In this document: positions 49,453 to 59,467 of the stretch, one piece after another
Layout: the number at the start of each line of letters is the position of its first letter
Numbering within the stretch: position 1 is the first letter of the stretch
NCBI GenBank assembly: GCA_937899865.1
Contig: CALBRH010000051.1
Coordinates: 120,214-184,213, forward strand
DNA: 64,000 nucleotides
From: an uncultured euryarchaeote
GTDB lineage: Archaea; Thermoplasmatota; Poseidoniia; Poseidoniales; Poseidoniaceae
Direction: 5' to 3'
The notes under the pieces: generated by a model
What the model saw: the letters and a program-made list of their open reading frames with translations, nothing else
What the model was told of the DNA's origin: nothing
The model's database searches: none
Translations under genes and position numbers: made by a program

Positions 49453-50267
49453 GTGATGTTGTAAATTGGCAGGGTTATTTGATTAAAAGCCAAGCTAACA
49501 ATCACTTAATTTGCTCTCCTTGGATTTTGGATGATTCGTGTGTTTTTGGCCACGATAGCGATTATACAACTTTAGCAACATCCTTGCTTAGATACCTTTC
49601 TATAGATTTTAAAGTTACAACACTAAGCAATGTTGATGAAAAAATTTCTCAAGAAATTTTGCTTGCATCAACTGATTTTGTTACAGGAGATGAAGGTTTT
49701 ACAATCACTTGTAATGAAGATGCATCACTTTACATACACTTGAATAACTACAATTCAATTGAATTACCAACTGAACATATGAGTATTATCGATTCAGATG
49801 TTTACCATAAAATAACCAATGCATGGCAAGAAGAAACCAATGTCAAGAATATCTCTCAAGGTGCTTATGTATCCTCACAACAATATAATCAAAATCTTAA
49901 TTCAAGATTATCTCTTGTAGCTCAAGATAATGGACAATTAATCTGGCCACAACGACTAATGGATGCTCAAGGAAATGATATTCAAGACTCCAAAGTACGC
50001 ATGAAGCCTTTTGGAAAAGTAATCACTTGGACACAATTAAGCGCTGCAGGAGCCCCATCAGAATTTGCTATTAGAGCCCCCATTTTAGGAGGGATATGTA
50101 CTGTAATGATAGAGACTTTAGATGGTCCAAATGGTGTATTTTTACTTGTTGATGACCAAAATTTAACTCCAGAAATTGGTGATTCAGTGGAACTGGTTGT
50201 TAGAAGGCTTTACGCACAGGAAGGTGTAATCAGATATGGGGCAAAAGCCATTATTTCGGACCTTTGA
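49449..50267 (+). CDS. DUF35/OB-fold-like protein (thiolase/HMG-CoA synthase scaffold-type) with a ~150-aa N-terminal extension
   Basis: The C-terminal ~110 aa (GKVITWTQL.....EFAIRAPILGGICTVMIETLDGPNGVFLLVDD....IGDSVELV) resemble the DUF35 OB-fold. The start overlaps the thiolase stop by 4 nt. The canonical Cys4 ribbon is not evident. Confidence 0.4.
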   Translation: MSDVVNWQGYLIKSQANNHLICSPWILDDSCVFGHDSDYTTLATSLLRYLSIDFKVTTLSNVDEKISQEILLASTDFVTGDEGFTITCNEDASLYIHLNNYNSIELPTEHMSIIDSDVYHKITNAWQEETNVKNISQGAYVSSQQYNQNLNSRLSLVAQDNGQLIWPQRLMDAQGNDIQDSKVRMKPFGKVITWTQLSAAGAPSEFAIRAPILGGICTVMIETLDGPNGVFLLVDDQNLTPEIGDSVELVVRRLYAQEGVIRYGAKAIISDL

Positions 50268-50309
50268 AATTGCAAAGCATTGATAGAAAAAAGATGATTA
50301 GGGTTAATT

Positions 50310-51326
50310 ATGGCGGGATTTGGTGGAATTAGAAAAGGTCGGCGCGAAGCCGCTGATAACTTATCTTTTACCGAAGGAGGAGATTGTCCAAGATGTGGAG
50401 GAGATGCTGAAAAGTCTTCGATGGCTGGATATCTTAGATGTGTAGTATGCTCACACGAATGGCCAGATCCTGATTATGTAGAGGAAAGCAAAGTAGAAGA
50501 AATACCAAGTTACCATAGAGATGCTGAACTTATTGAACAATTCAAAAAAGACGTTTCTTCAGGTAGTTTAGCAAATGTACTAGGCGTGAACAAGAATCTA
50601 TCTGAACAACAGGAAGCATCGCTTGCTCGTTTAGAAGACAAGTGGATGAGTGGAATGCAGGGCCGATTTAATACTGCCACTGAAGAGCGAAAACCATTGA
50701 TGATTATGTTTGATGAAGAAGATAACATTGTATCTACTGAAGTAGCTGCACTAACTGTTGTTTCAAATGGTTTTGATGGTGGTGAAGAAATACGGTTAGA
50801 ATATCCAGGAAAAGGAACCGAGTTTTACGCATTCAATATCAATGATGGCATGGGATGGAGAAGAGGAGCTAATGCAGAAGAGACTGCTAGGTCAATAGCA
50901 AATGTAATCAATAACAAATCTAATCTTGTTTTTGCCAATGTAGATGGTGCTAGAATTTCTTTTGAATTAAGGAGCGAAGATTTGAGGCCAGAGTCATTGG
51001 TGCTTTTTGTCGACGACCCTGGTGGAACTGATATTATTGCTGAAAAGAATGGCATTATATTAGATGCTAGGAATGCTTCCGATTTCGATGATTATCGAAG
51101 GGTCGTGGAAATGGTTCTTGAAGACGGCATAATTTCACCAAGCGAAGATCAATTATTATGGTCGCTTCGTCAAGAATTAGGAATAGATGATGCATACCAC
51201 ATTCAAATGGTTTTGAGTATGTATGGAGATCAAACTCTCAAGGAATGTACTAGTTGTTCTGCAATGGCTGAATTATATGTCGAATATGGAACTTGGTATT
51301 GTCATTCATGTGAAGAGTGGTGCTAA
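50310..51326 (+). CDS. Hypothetical protein with N- and C-terminal zinc ribbons
   Basis: The N-terminal ribbon is CPRCGG...CVVCSHEW and the C-terminal one is CTSCS......YCHSCEEWC. It lies upstream of the actin-like gene. Confidence 0.45.
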   Translation: MAGFGGIRKGRREAADNLSFTEGGDCPRCGGDAEKSSMAGYLRCVVCSHEWPDPDYVEESKVEEIPSYHRDAELIEQFKKDVSSGSLANVLGVNKNLSEQQEASLARLEDKWMSGMQGRFNTATEERKPLMIMFDEEDNIVSTEVAALTVVSNGFDGGEEIRLEYPGKGTEFYAFNINDGMGWRRGANAEETARSIANVINNKSNLVFANVDGARISFELRSEDLRPESLVLFVDDPGGTDIIAEKNGIILDARNASDFDDYRRVVEMVLEDGIISPSEDQLLWSLRQELGIDDAYHIQMVLSMYGDQTLKECTSCSAMAELYVEYGTWYCHSCEEWC

Positions 51327-51451
51327 TTAAAAATACATTATTCAGCACATCTTTCTATAGAATTTATTCTGATTTAATTTTCTACTTCTCTTTTGAACAT
51401 CATAGGGATTCTTCATAAGGTATGTCGCAATGGCTTAGTTAGGCGAGTCAT

Positions 51452-52477
51452 ATGGCTGGAGATGTATTGTATATTGGAATTGATTTGGGAACTTTTCGCT
51501 CTGTAATGGTTTCCTCAGATAGTCATGAAGAAGAAGAGTTAACTGTTATTGGAACACCAAAAGACCCTATTGCAAAAAATTTCTTGAAAAGAGATGTTCT
51601 ATTTGGTGAAGAAGCATTGAAGAATAGATTGGCGCTCAATTTGTTTAGACCTCTAGAGCATGGTGTAATCAAAGATACATCTGAAGATAGAGATTTCATC
51701 GCTCACTTCATCACTCATCTAATTTCACTTTCAGACCCTGAAGAATATGACCGAGTTGTGGCTGTTATTGGAGCTCCGGCTGAAGCAAGTTATGTTGACA
51801 AGACTGCTATTTTTGACGCCGCTGCTGGTACAGTTAATGCAGCAATGATTATTTCTGAGCCTTTTGCTGTTGCTTACGCTCTTGATATGATTGAACACAC
51901 CCTAGTAATTGATATTGGTGCTGGAACTACTGACCTATGTCGTGTCTACGGTACTATACCAAGCCCTGATGACCAAATGCATACTGAATATGCTGGTGAT
52001 TATATCGATAATAAGATTATTGAAGAAGTTCAGTCTAAATATAGCGGTGCACAAATTACCAAAGACATGGCAAGAAGATGGAAGGAGCAGAACTCATTTG
52101 TTGGAACTTCAACCCCAGATTCTCCAGTAATGGTTGATTTCTCAATCGAAGGTAAGGCAATGACTCTTGACATTACTGATTGTATCCAAAATGCATGTGA
52201 ATCTATTGTTGATCCAATTGTTGAGAATGTAAAAACTCTAATCGCTGGTTCAAACCCTGAATATCATGAACAATTTAGAAGAAATATGATTCTTGCTGGC
52301 GGAGGTTCTGGAATTGATGGCCTTGGTGCTATGATAGAGAGAAGACTCAGTGATCTTGGCGACGTCAATGTTCATGTCGTTGACGACCCTGTAAGACTTG
52401 GTGCTATGGGCGGTCTAAGACTCGCTATGGAAGTACCAGAAGAGATGTGGAAGAACCTAACTCTTGCTTCCCGCTGA
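51452..52477 (+). CDS. MreB-like actin-family ATPase
   Basis: Phosphate-1 is IGIDLGT and phosphate-2 is VIDIGAGTTDL. The adenosine motif is ILAGGGSGIDGL, and FRPLEHGVIKD matches the MreB RPMKDGVIAD block. Its 341-aa length is MreB-like. Confidence 0.75.
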   Translation: MAGDVLYIGIDLGTFRSVMVSSDSHEEEELTVIGTPKDPIAKNFLKRDVLFGEEALKNRLALNLFRPLEHGVIKDTSEDRDFIAHFITHLISLSDPEEYDRVVAVIGAPAEASYVDKTAIFDAAAGTVNAAMIISEPFAVAYALDMIEHTLVIDIGAGTTDLCRVYGTIPSPDDQMHTEYAGDYIDNKIIEEVQSKYSGAQITKDMARRWKEQNSFVGTSTPDSPVMVDFSIEGKAMTLDITDCIQNACESIVDPIVENVKTLIAGSNPEYHEQFRRNMILAGGGSGIDGLGAMIERRLSDLGDVNVHVVDDPVRLGAMGGLRLAMEVPEEMWKNLTLASR

Positions 52478-52479
52478 TT

Positions 52480-53115
52480 TCATTCTTGTTCTGTTAAGCC
52501 GTACTTAGCGGCTAAGTTTGGATCGATTAGTGGTGCCTGGCAATGAGGACATCTGTCACTTGCACTGAGCATTGAAGGCCTAATTGCAAGAACTGCCATA
52601 CATTTTGGACATGCTGCAAGCATCTCACCTTGTTCTAGTTGGAAATCTATTCCATCAGATTCAAAATTAAAGTAACCTGACTTGTAAATTGGATTAAAGT
52701 GATACATAAATCTCCTAAATGAACCAATAGACGCCCAGCCAGTCAAGAATAAAAATAACAATCCACCTACATTACCTGATATGACAAAAATGATTGAATC
52801 AAGAGCATTTAGAGCAAAAAACAGACCCGCAATAAAAATCAAAATAGCAGCAGGCCAATATGCCCAAGCAACCTTTGAGCGATATGAGTTCCATGTCACA
52901 TAACAAATAATTGCGACAAAACAGAGTACTAACTTGGATAATGTTGGAGATATTGCTGAAGCAATTGCCCAAAATAAATACATTACAATAAGTCCGTCAA
53001 TAAAGACAATAAATGTAGTACCGCGATGAATTCTATCAAATACGCTATTTCTTGCAACTAAACTGTTAGGTTTCATACCAGCAACTACAAGCTGGTCGCC
53101 TCGGTTTGGCTGCAT
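52480..53115 (-). CDS. Membrane protein (4-5 TM) with a C-terminal cytoplasmic zinc ribbon
   Basis: Hydrophobic helices are followed by CPKCM..........CPHCQ. Confidence 0.45.
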   Translation of the reverse strand: MQPNRGDQLVVAGMKPNSLVARNSVFDRIHRGTTFIVFIDGLIVMYLFWAIASAISPTLSKLVLCFVAIICYVTWNSYRSKVAWAYWPAAILIFIAGLFFALNALDSIIFVISGNVGGLLFLFLTGWASIGSFRRFMYHFNPIYKSGYFNFESDGIDFQLEQGEMLAACPKCMAVLAIRPSMLSASDRCPHCQAPLIDPNLAAKYGLTEQE

Positions 53116-53204
53116 ATTTGGCGCTGCAAGCCATTAATCTTGAATTGTTGCATTATTTTCAATACAAATAGCAACGAAGGAGTCAAAATGGCTGAACCAT
53201 TGCC

Positions 53205-54410
53205 TTGTTCATGGCGATGCGAGACACGGATGTTGAAATTCGTGGCGATAGCCTTGCAGATAAGAAAATCTTGCTTGGCGTTAGTGGAGGAATTGCAGCA
53301 GTAGACACTGTTCGCCTGGCCAGAGAGTTACGTAGACATGGTGCAAATGTCATTGTAATGATGACACACTCAGCTCAGAAAATAATTTCTCCATTAGCAG
53401 TTGAATGGGCTACACAAACAGAGGTCATTACCAATTGGGAAAGTGATTTGTCTGCTTTAGAAACAGTTGATGGAATTTTAATTGCTCCAGCAACTAGGGA
53501 CTTGTTAGCGAGTTATTTGCATGGCTTGCAACATGGCCCAATTTTGATGGCATTGAGTGCTGCGAGAACTCGCAAATGCCCGGTCATGATGATTCCAAGT
53601 ATGCATGCTGATTTAGCAGATGATCCCGTTACCAATGACCTTGTTGAAGAAGTAGAGAAACTTGGAATCAAAGTACATTGGGGAGAAGAACAAGAAGGAA
53701 AAAGAAAAACTCCACCTCATGATGAAATAGTTGCTCGATTTGCTAATTACATCAACATGAATGTTGCTGAAAGGAAATCCATTGTAATCACTTTAGGTTC
53801 AACACGTTCACCAATAGATGACATAAGATATGTGCAAAATACCAGTAGTGGAAAAACTGGGTTTGAAATTGCTGATCATTTATTTCGGCATGGACATGAT
53901 GTTACATGTGTTGCTGGAATAACCTCATTTCCACAACCAAAGTGGTTACCATTAGTTATCAAAACAGATACACCTAATGAAATGTTACGCGAACTAAAAG
54001 CACTTAGTAATGATAAAATTGATGCTTGGATTCATAGTGCTGCTGTACTAGATTATGTGGTAGATTCTCCGGCTGAAGGGAAATTAGCCAGCCAGCAAGG
54101 TCCTTTGCAAATAACATTAGTTGAAAGTGAAAAACACATTTTAGAACTAAAAGATAAATGCCAAAATGCTGTAAGAATTGGTTTCAAATTAGAAACAGGA
54201 ATCAAGCAAAAAGAACTGGTAAGAAGAGCAGTTGCTCAATTGGAGTATGCTGAAATGACTGCAGTAATAGCAAACAGATTGGAAGACCTCAAAGACAAAA
54301 GTAAGCCACGAGCATATCTTGTCGATAAGAGTGGGGCAGATTTTACATTAAACAATATGCAAGATGTCTGTATTGCTATTACAACCATAGTTGAAAGAGG
54401 TAATCAGTGA
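53205..54410 (+). CDS. coaBC: Bifunctional phosphopantothenoylcysteine decarboxylase / phosphopantothenate-cysteine ligase
   Basis: The N-terminal flavoprotein domain is KKILLGVSGGIAA and the C-terminal domain is DFP/CoaB-like. Confidence 0.7.
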   Translation: MFMAMRDTDVEIRGDSLADKKILLGVSGGIAAVDTVRLARELRRHGANVIVMMTHSAQKIISPLAVEWATQTEVITNWESDLSALETVDGILIAPATRDLLASYLHGLQHGPILMALSAARTRKCPVMMIPSMHADLADDPVTNDLVEEVEKLGIKVHWGEEQEGKRKTPPHDEIVARFANYINMNVAERKSIVITLGSTRSPIDDIRYVQNTSSGKTGFEIADHLFRHGHDVTCVAGITSFPQPKWLPLVIKTDTPNEMLRELKALSNDKIDAWIHSAAVLDYVVDSPAEGKLASQQGPLQITLVESEKHILELKDKCQNAVRIGFKLETGIKQKELVRRAVAQLEYAEMTAVIANRLEDLKDKSKPRAYLVDKSGADFTLNNMQDVCIAITTIVERGNQ

Positions 54411-54414
54411 TAAC

Positions 54415-55068
54415 ATGCGCCGTTTTGCTATAATAGGCCACCGTGCTTTATCTTCAGGTAAAATTCCACTCAATGACCTGGCTGGTGGAGCAGGTAGAAT
54501 GGATGTTCTAATTAGAGCATTAATGGCATCATTGATGACTAGTCATGGTTTTAGAAGAGACAGTGAAGTTATCCTACATTTATGGGGTGGTCCTGGACCA
54601 AAAAGACGTTTGAAAATTATTGGTAATGAAGTGAAAGGAATACATGCAGAAGAGCGTTCTGTTGCTGGACAGATTTCAAAGGTATTACGTGAACCCACGC
54701 CTCCTATAGGAAATTGGGTTAAACGTTCAAGTGGCATATATGACAGTGGCGGAAGCATAGAAGAAACCATCAGAGAATGGAGTGATTCAACTATTATTGC
54801 CTTAGATGCAAACGCTGAACGACTTTGGATTAATAATGCAGAGATACCAACTAAAAGTAAACCACTCTCGTATGAGACTACTGATGAACTATCATCTAAA
54901 ATCGAAGGAATAGATATTGGCTTCATTCTTAGTGATGACCAGCCACTGGAACTAAATTTTTCAAACAATATAGTAAAACGCTCTATAGGTGAAAAATGGC
55001 TTCAAGGCCATATGGCTATTGCAATTTGCCACTTTCTAATCGATGAAGGCGTTGAACTAAATCTTTAA
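54415..55068 (+). CDS. SPOUT methyltransferase, TrmY-like (tRNA pseudouridine-54 N1-methyltransferase family)
   Basis: The N-terminus MRRFAIIGHRA.....LNDLAGGAGRMDVLIRALMASLMTSHGFRRDSEV matches the COG1901/TrmY pattern. The ORF track begins at 54391. Confidence 0.45.
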   Translation: MRRFAIIGHRALSSGKIPLNDLAGGAGRMDVLIRALMASLMTSHGFRRDSEVILHLWGGPGPKRRLKIIGNEVKGIHAEERSVAGQISKVLREPTPPIGNWVKRSSGIYDSGGSIEETIREWSDSTIIALDANAERLWINNAEIPTKSKPLSYETTDELSSKIEGIDIGFILSDDQPLELNFSNNIVKRSIGEKWLQGHMAIAICHFLIDEGVELNL

Positions 55069-56043
55069 CCAAATAGGATAATTTTCCTCACCTGATTGTA
55101 AGCACCAAGTAAGTAATCTATCATCTATAGCTAATGGATGAGTTTGTGGCCATGTAGGTAAGCAAGAAATGCTAGATTTATCCATCATTACTGCATCACA
55201 ATCACTGCTTTCCACTGGAGTGTGATCGATACTTGCTGCTCCAATGGTGAAGGTTGCTGTATTTTCATTATCTGAATTCTCTGCAAAAGAAATTGCATCT
55301 CGATACCAACGCATACCAAGTCGAGTGGTTTGAAATTCACCATTCCAAGTTGGTGGAGTGTTAATGTTGAGCATCAATTCACCATTTCTAAATGCTGTCC
55401 TAAGTGCTTCAATTGGATTATCGCTCCAAGCTGGTTTATCTTCAATTATTGGCCATCTGCTTACATGAGGCTTGGATATATCGACACTTGGTCGCCTAAG
55501 GTTTTCAGGTACCATTGGTAGAATTTCAATAGCACGTTCAATTAATTGAACAGTTGCATCTACTGCTTTTTGCATTCCTTCATCATCAAATGATGTAAGT
55601 GAAGATGCGATGGCTGGCATACCATACAAACCAGCCTCTCTTGCAGCACCCATTGTACCGCTATGATACGAATCTTGTGACATGTTTGGCCCTAAATTTA
55701 CACCTGAAATAACTAGTCTTGGAATAACCTCGGGCAAAATATGCTGTAACCCTTTATCCAAGGCAACTATCATAGTATCACATGGAGTTCCATCCAATTC
55801 AATCAAGTGCAAATTTTCATCATTGACATTCCACTGAGATTTCAAATCATTTCTAAAACGCCAATTTAGAGGTGTCATCAAATTTATTCGCATTCCAGTA
55901 GCAGATTGATTGTTACTTGGAGCAAAAACCACTACTTTGTGACCTCTGTCATTTAGTGCTTCTACAAGCAGTTTCATGCCCACTGCTTCGATTCCATCAT
56001 CGTTAGTAAGTAATAACCAACCTTGGATTTGGGATGTAGACAT
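55057..56043 (-). CDS. surE: 5'/3'-nucleotidase SurE
   Basis: The N-terminus LLLTNDDGIEAVGMKLLVEAL...V.V.APSNNQSATG is the SurE signature. Confidence 0.8.
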   Translation of the reverse strand: MSTSQIQGWLLLTNDDGIEAVGMKLLVEALNDRGHKVVVFAPSNNQSATGMRINLMTPLNWRFRNDLKSQWNVNDENLHLIELDGTPCDTMIVALDKGLQHILPEVIPRLVISGVNLGPNMSQDSYHSGTMGAAREAGLYGMPAIASSLTSFDDEGMQKAVDATVQLIERAIEILPMVPENLRRPSVDISKPHVSRWPIIEDKPAWSDNPIEALRTAFRNGELMLNINTPPTWNGEFQTTRLGMRWYRDAISFAENSDNENTATFTIGAASIDHTPVESSDCDAVMMDKSSISCLPTWPQTHPLAIDDRLLTWCLQSGEENYPIWLKI

Positions 56044-56052
56044 TTGATTCCC

Positions 56053-57054
56053 TCATGACTCTTCGAGAACTTCACTCGTTTCATTGTTCGCATCTGCCCG
56101 TGAACTTCCAATAATTACCAAAAGGATCCCAATTATCAAAATAGGCCCTCCAATCCAAGTCCAAAAACCTGGTAATCCAGTATCAAACAGCATAAATCCA
56201 ATTAGTGAGCCAATAATTGGTTCCATAGTAACACTTGTTGAAACCACAAGAGGTGGAACATATCTAAGACAGGTGTTTAAACCAGTATGCCCAAGTAATC
56301 CAGCTATCAAGGCAAGAGCAAGAAACCATCCAAAGTAATCCATTTGAATCCATCCAAATACTCCAAATTGAGAAAAATTATCCTCAACAAAATACGAGGC
56401 TGGAATTAAAATAACAGCACCAATTAAGGTGACTGGAAAAGCATAGAGGAAAATTGGCATCCATTTCCTGAGAACTCTACCACTGACAATGTAACCTACG
56501 ACAAATAATGCTCCTAGGAAAGCCAAAAAATCACCCCATGCCGTTACAGTTCTACCTCCTTGCTCATCGCCTAAATCTATCAAAGCCAGTGCTGCTCCAA
56601 TAAATCCTATACAAGCACCAATAATTTCCCAACGCGAAGGACTACGATAATTAACAAAATATTTCGCAATTAAAGCCATTCCAAATACAATAATAAGTGG
56701 ATGAGCAGTTACAAAAAGGAGTGAATGAGTCAATGAAGTTTCATCTAAACTTGCAACCCAAGCACCAAAGTGTAATGCCAAAAATATTCCTCCACCAAGC
56801 AACCAGAGAATTGTTTCCCTTTCAGTAAATCTGTGCTTCAAAGATTGACCATGAATCCTCCATTGCATTATTGCTAAAGGCGCTAATACGAGAGAAGTAA
56901 GTTGTAAACGCCATGATGCACGTAATAGGGGTGGTACATCATCGACCTGTTGGAATAATGCTCCAGCGCTTGAAACACCAAATACAGCAGCAATCAGTAG
57001 CAGCCACACCCAATTAGGTGTGGCTCTTAGAGAGGTCATCAAACTCACACTCAA
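56053..57054 (-). CDS. DMT/EamA-like permease (10 TM)
   Basis: It has two internally similar 5-TM halves. The stop overlaps the upstream transporter gene by 4 nt. Confidence 0.4.
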   Translation of the reverse strand: MSVSLMTSLRATPNWVWLLLIAAVFGVSSAGALFQQVDDVPPLLRASWRLQLTSLVLAPLAIMQWRIHGQSLKHRFTERETILWLLGGGIFLALHFGAWVASLDETSLTHSLLFVTAHPLIIVFGMALIAKYFVNYRSPSRWEIIGACIGFIGAALALIDLGDEQGGRTVTAWGDFLAFLGALFVVGYIVSGRVLRKWMPIFLYAFPVTLIGAVILIPASYFVEDNFSQFGVFGWIQMDYFGWFLALALIAGLLGHTGLNTCLRYVPPLVVSTSVTMEPIIGSLIGFMLFDTGLPGFWTWIGGPILIIGILLVIIGSSRADANNETSEVLEES

Positions 57055-59384
57055 GCAATTTCTGCGTCTAGAATAGCTTCCTCTGGACCGCTACCAATAA
57101 CACCAGCTCTCTTGAATAACCAATAAATTAGCCAACCAATTGATACGTTAAGTAGCACGAATCCTACCAGTCTGCCAATATACCATGATGTTGCAAATGG
57201 ATCATCAACCAATGTATCAATGAAAGAAAGAATACTCGATTCAGTTCCAAAGAATGCCTCTCCAGTTAGAAGACCGGCAGCGACCATAAAGGTGCTCAAC
57301 AGAATTAGAGCTCGTTGCTTTTCAGCTTCATTTGAACCCTTTTCTTGCTTAATCTTATCAATTCTTGGCTTCAATTTCTTTTCTTCCCATTGGTCCCTTG
57401 CATATCCTCCAATTAGCATTGGCAGGGTATATGGTACGGTCAAATACATACCAAGTCCGAATGATGTCCCCATACCTGTTGCCCATTCGACAAACATACC
57501 AAGTAAGAAACCAAGGAATAGAAGCCATAAGTCCCCTTCCTTTTCAGCAAAGATAACAGAGAATGTTGCGAATGCATTTGCTTGTGGCGCCAATAGTTCA
57601 ATAGTCCCATCTGCTAATTGAATGGACAGGAAAATAGCAACACCTGCACCAATTATTGCGCCAGGGACAACTCCCATGATATTCCCTTTAGAAATATGAT
57701 AAGGTCTATTTCCAATGTAAAGACTATTCTTGTAATCACCAATAACTGTACCAGACATTGAAATGGCGGAACCAAACACTGTAGTACCAACTAGACCAAG
57801 AAGAATGGCGTCTTGTGTAGTCAAATCTAACAGATCTTGTGCATTTAAGAATACTCCGAGCAACATCAACAGAACAATGAACGATGTACCCGAAACCGGC
57901 TCGATTCCAGTTTCACCCATCACTCTAACTGCAATTGCACCAAGTAGGAATGTTGTCAAGATGAGAACTGAAGCAAATATTAGTGATGCAAGTATTGAGA
58001 ATCCACCAATGGTAAAGATTAGAATCATTGAAAAGAAAGTTAAAATCATGAATATTGGTATATGCTTTAATGGCCATTCATACCATCCTTTTCCTTCCAT
58101 ATATTCTTGGCTACCCTCGCCTTTGAGAGCACCGCCAATATCGCTAAAGATATTGAGGAAGGTCTTGTACATCTTAGCAAGACCAAACATACCGCCACCA
58201 ACGATTGCACCAATTGCAATTGTTCTAACCGATTTACCAAATGCCAGCATTTGTAGTGCTGCACCAGTTTCACCAGCATAATCTTGTATTGGGACATTAG
58301 ATTGAGAAATAGCATCATAAATTGGGAAATTAAACCATACTACCAGAGGAACAAGGAAGAACCAACCAACTATTGTTCCAAGATTTACCAGGAATGCTAC
58401 TCTTGTTTTCATAAACCATCCTATAGCAAACATGGATGGGGTAAGATAAACTCCAATGTAGGTATATGCGAAAGGGTTCCATGCGGTATCTGGGCTCCAT
58501 TGGGTATAATTCAATGAGACTCCACCATCGGTACCAGACGGTTGATGTATCGTTCCTTTAGAGTATATACTAGCAAGGCCAAAATCTCCTACTGATGCTG
58601 TTTGCGCAATCCAGTCAAAGAGTGCTAACTTTTTGTCACCAATCCAAATTAGCGGGTATTCGACTAGGAATAGACCAATCATGGTTATACCTGTCCAAAT
58701 ACCAATAGTCTTGAGAGATTCACGGGCATGCTCAACCGCACCAGTATTAACATCTGAAGCGATATCCAGCATCTTTAGAGTTGCCTCAAAACCCGGGAGT
58801 GGAAGTGGATCTTCTACTAACCAAACCCTACGGAAAATAATGAAATACATCACACCAAGGAAACCAGCAAACATACTTGCAACGATACCGATGAATGCTA
58901 AATTGAAAGCATCACCATCGGCTAAGGTAATCAGAGGCCCACTAGCCAATTCATACCTCGCATCACTGGCAAGTAGGAAGATAGCCGGGAAGGTGAAAAT
59001 AAATCCAGTTGATGCATGCGTTGCTCCAGTTGTTGCTGATGTAGCAATGTTCACTTCAGAAGGTGACCATTTTAAGGCCATACCAAGCAAATATGCAATA
59101 TACCAAGCTGCTGAAATAGCCAAACCAAGTTTTAATCCAATATACGCAGTAACTCCTGAAAATACGGCACCGATTGCAATACCATAGAGAACTTTAGGAG
59201 TACTCCAATGTGAAACTTCGAAAGATTCTACAAGGTTTTTTTCCTCTAAATATTGTTCCAAAACACCAGTATTGAGATTGTTATACATCTCGTCATCTAA
59301 CCATGTGAGTTTGCCTTCTTCGATGGCTTTGAGACCTTCGGGAGTAATTGGTTGACGATATGCAGATTTCTGAACCCCCATCAA
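57051..59384 (-). CDS. OPT-family (oligopeptide transporter-like) polytopic membrane protein
   Basis: It is a 777-aa protein with ~16 TM helices. It contains a GETGIEPVSG motif resembling the conserved OPT-family G.TG..PVSG block. Confidence 0.4.
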   Translation of the reverse strand: MMGVQKSAYRQPITPEGLKAIEEGKLTWLDDEMYNNLNTGVLEQYLEEKNLVESFEVSHWSTPKVLYGIAIGAVFSGVTAYIGLKLGLAISAAWYIAYLLGMALKWSPSEVNIATSATTGATHASTGFIFTFPAIFLLASDARYELASGPLITLADGDAFNLAFIGIVASMFAGFLGVMYFIIFRRVWLVEDPLPLPGFEATLKMLDIASDVNTGAVEHARESLKTIGIWTGITMIGLFLVEYPLIWIGDKKLALFDWIAQTASVGDFGLASIYSKGTIHQPSGTDGGVSLNYTQWSPDTAWNPFAYTYIGVYLTPSMFAIGWFMKTRVAFLVNLGTIVGWFFLVPLVVWFNFPIYDAISQSNVPIQDYAGETGAALQMLAFGKSVRTIAIGAIVGGGMFGLAKMYKTFLNIFSDIGGALKGEGSQEYMEGKGWYEWPLKHIPIFMILTFFSMILIFTIGGFSILASLIFASVLILTTFLLGAIAVRVMGETGIEPVSGTSFIVLLMLLGVFLNAQDLLDLTTQDAILLGLVGTTVFGSAISMSGTVIGDYKNSLYIGNRPYHISKGNIMGVVPGAIIGAGVAIFLSIQLADGTIELLAPQANAFATFSVIFAEKEGDLWLLFLGFLLGMFVEWATGMGTSFGLGMYLTVPYTLPMLIGGYARDQWEEKKLKPRIDKIKQEKGSNEAEKQRALILLSTFMVAAGLLTGEAFFGTESSILSFIDTLVDDPFATSWYIGRLVGFVLLNVSIGWLIYWLFKRAGVIGSGPEEAILDAEIA

Positions 59385-59467
59385 ATCCTCTCCCTAAAGT
59401 GCTTCCGCACATAACATCGTGGGCGCGGCCACTTGATATACTATTACGCTAAATAATGATCAGATTT

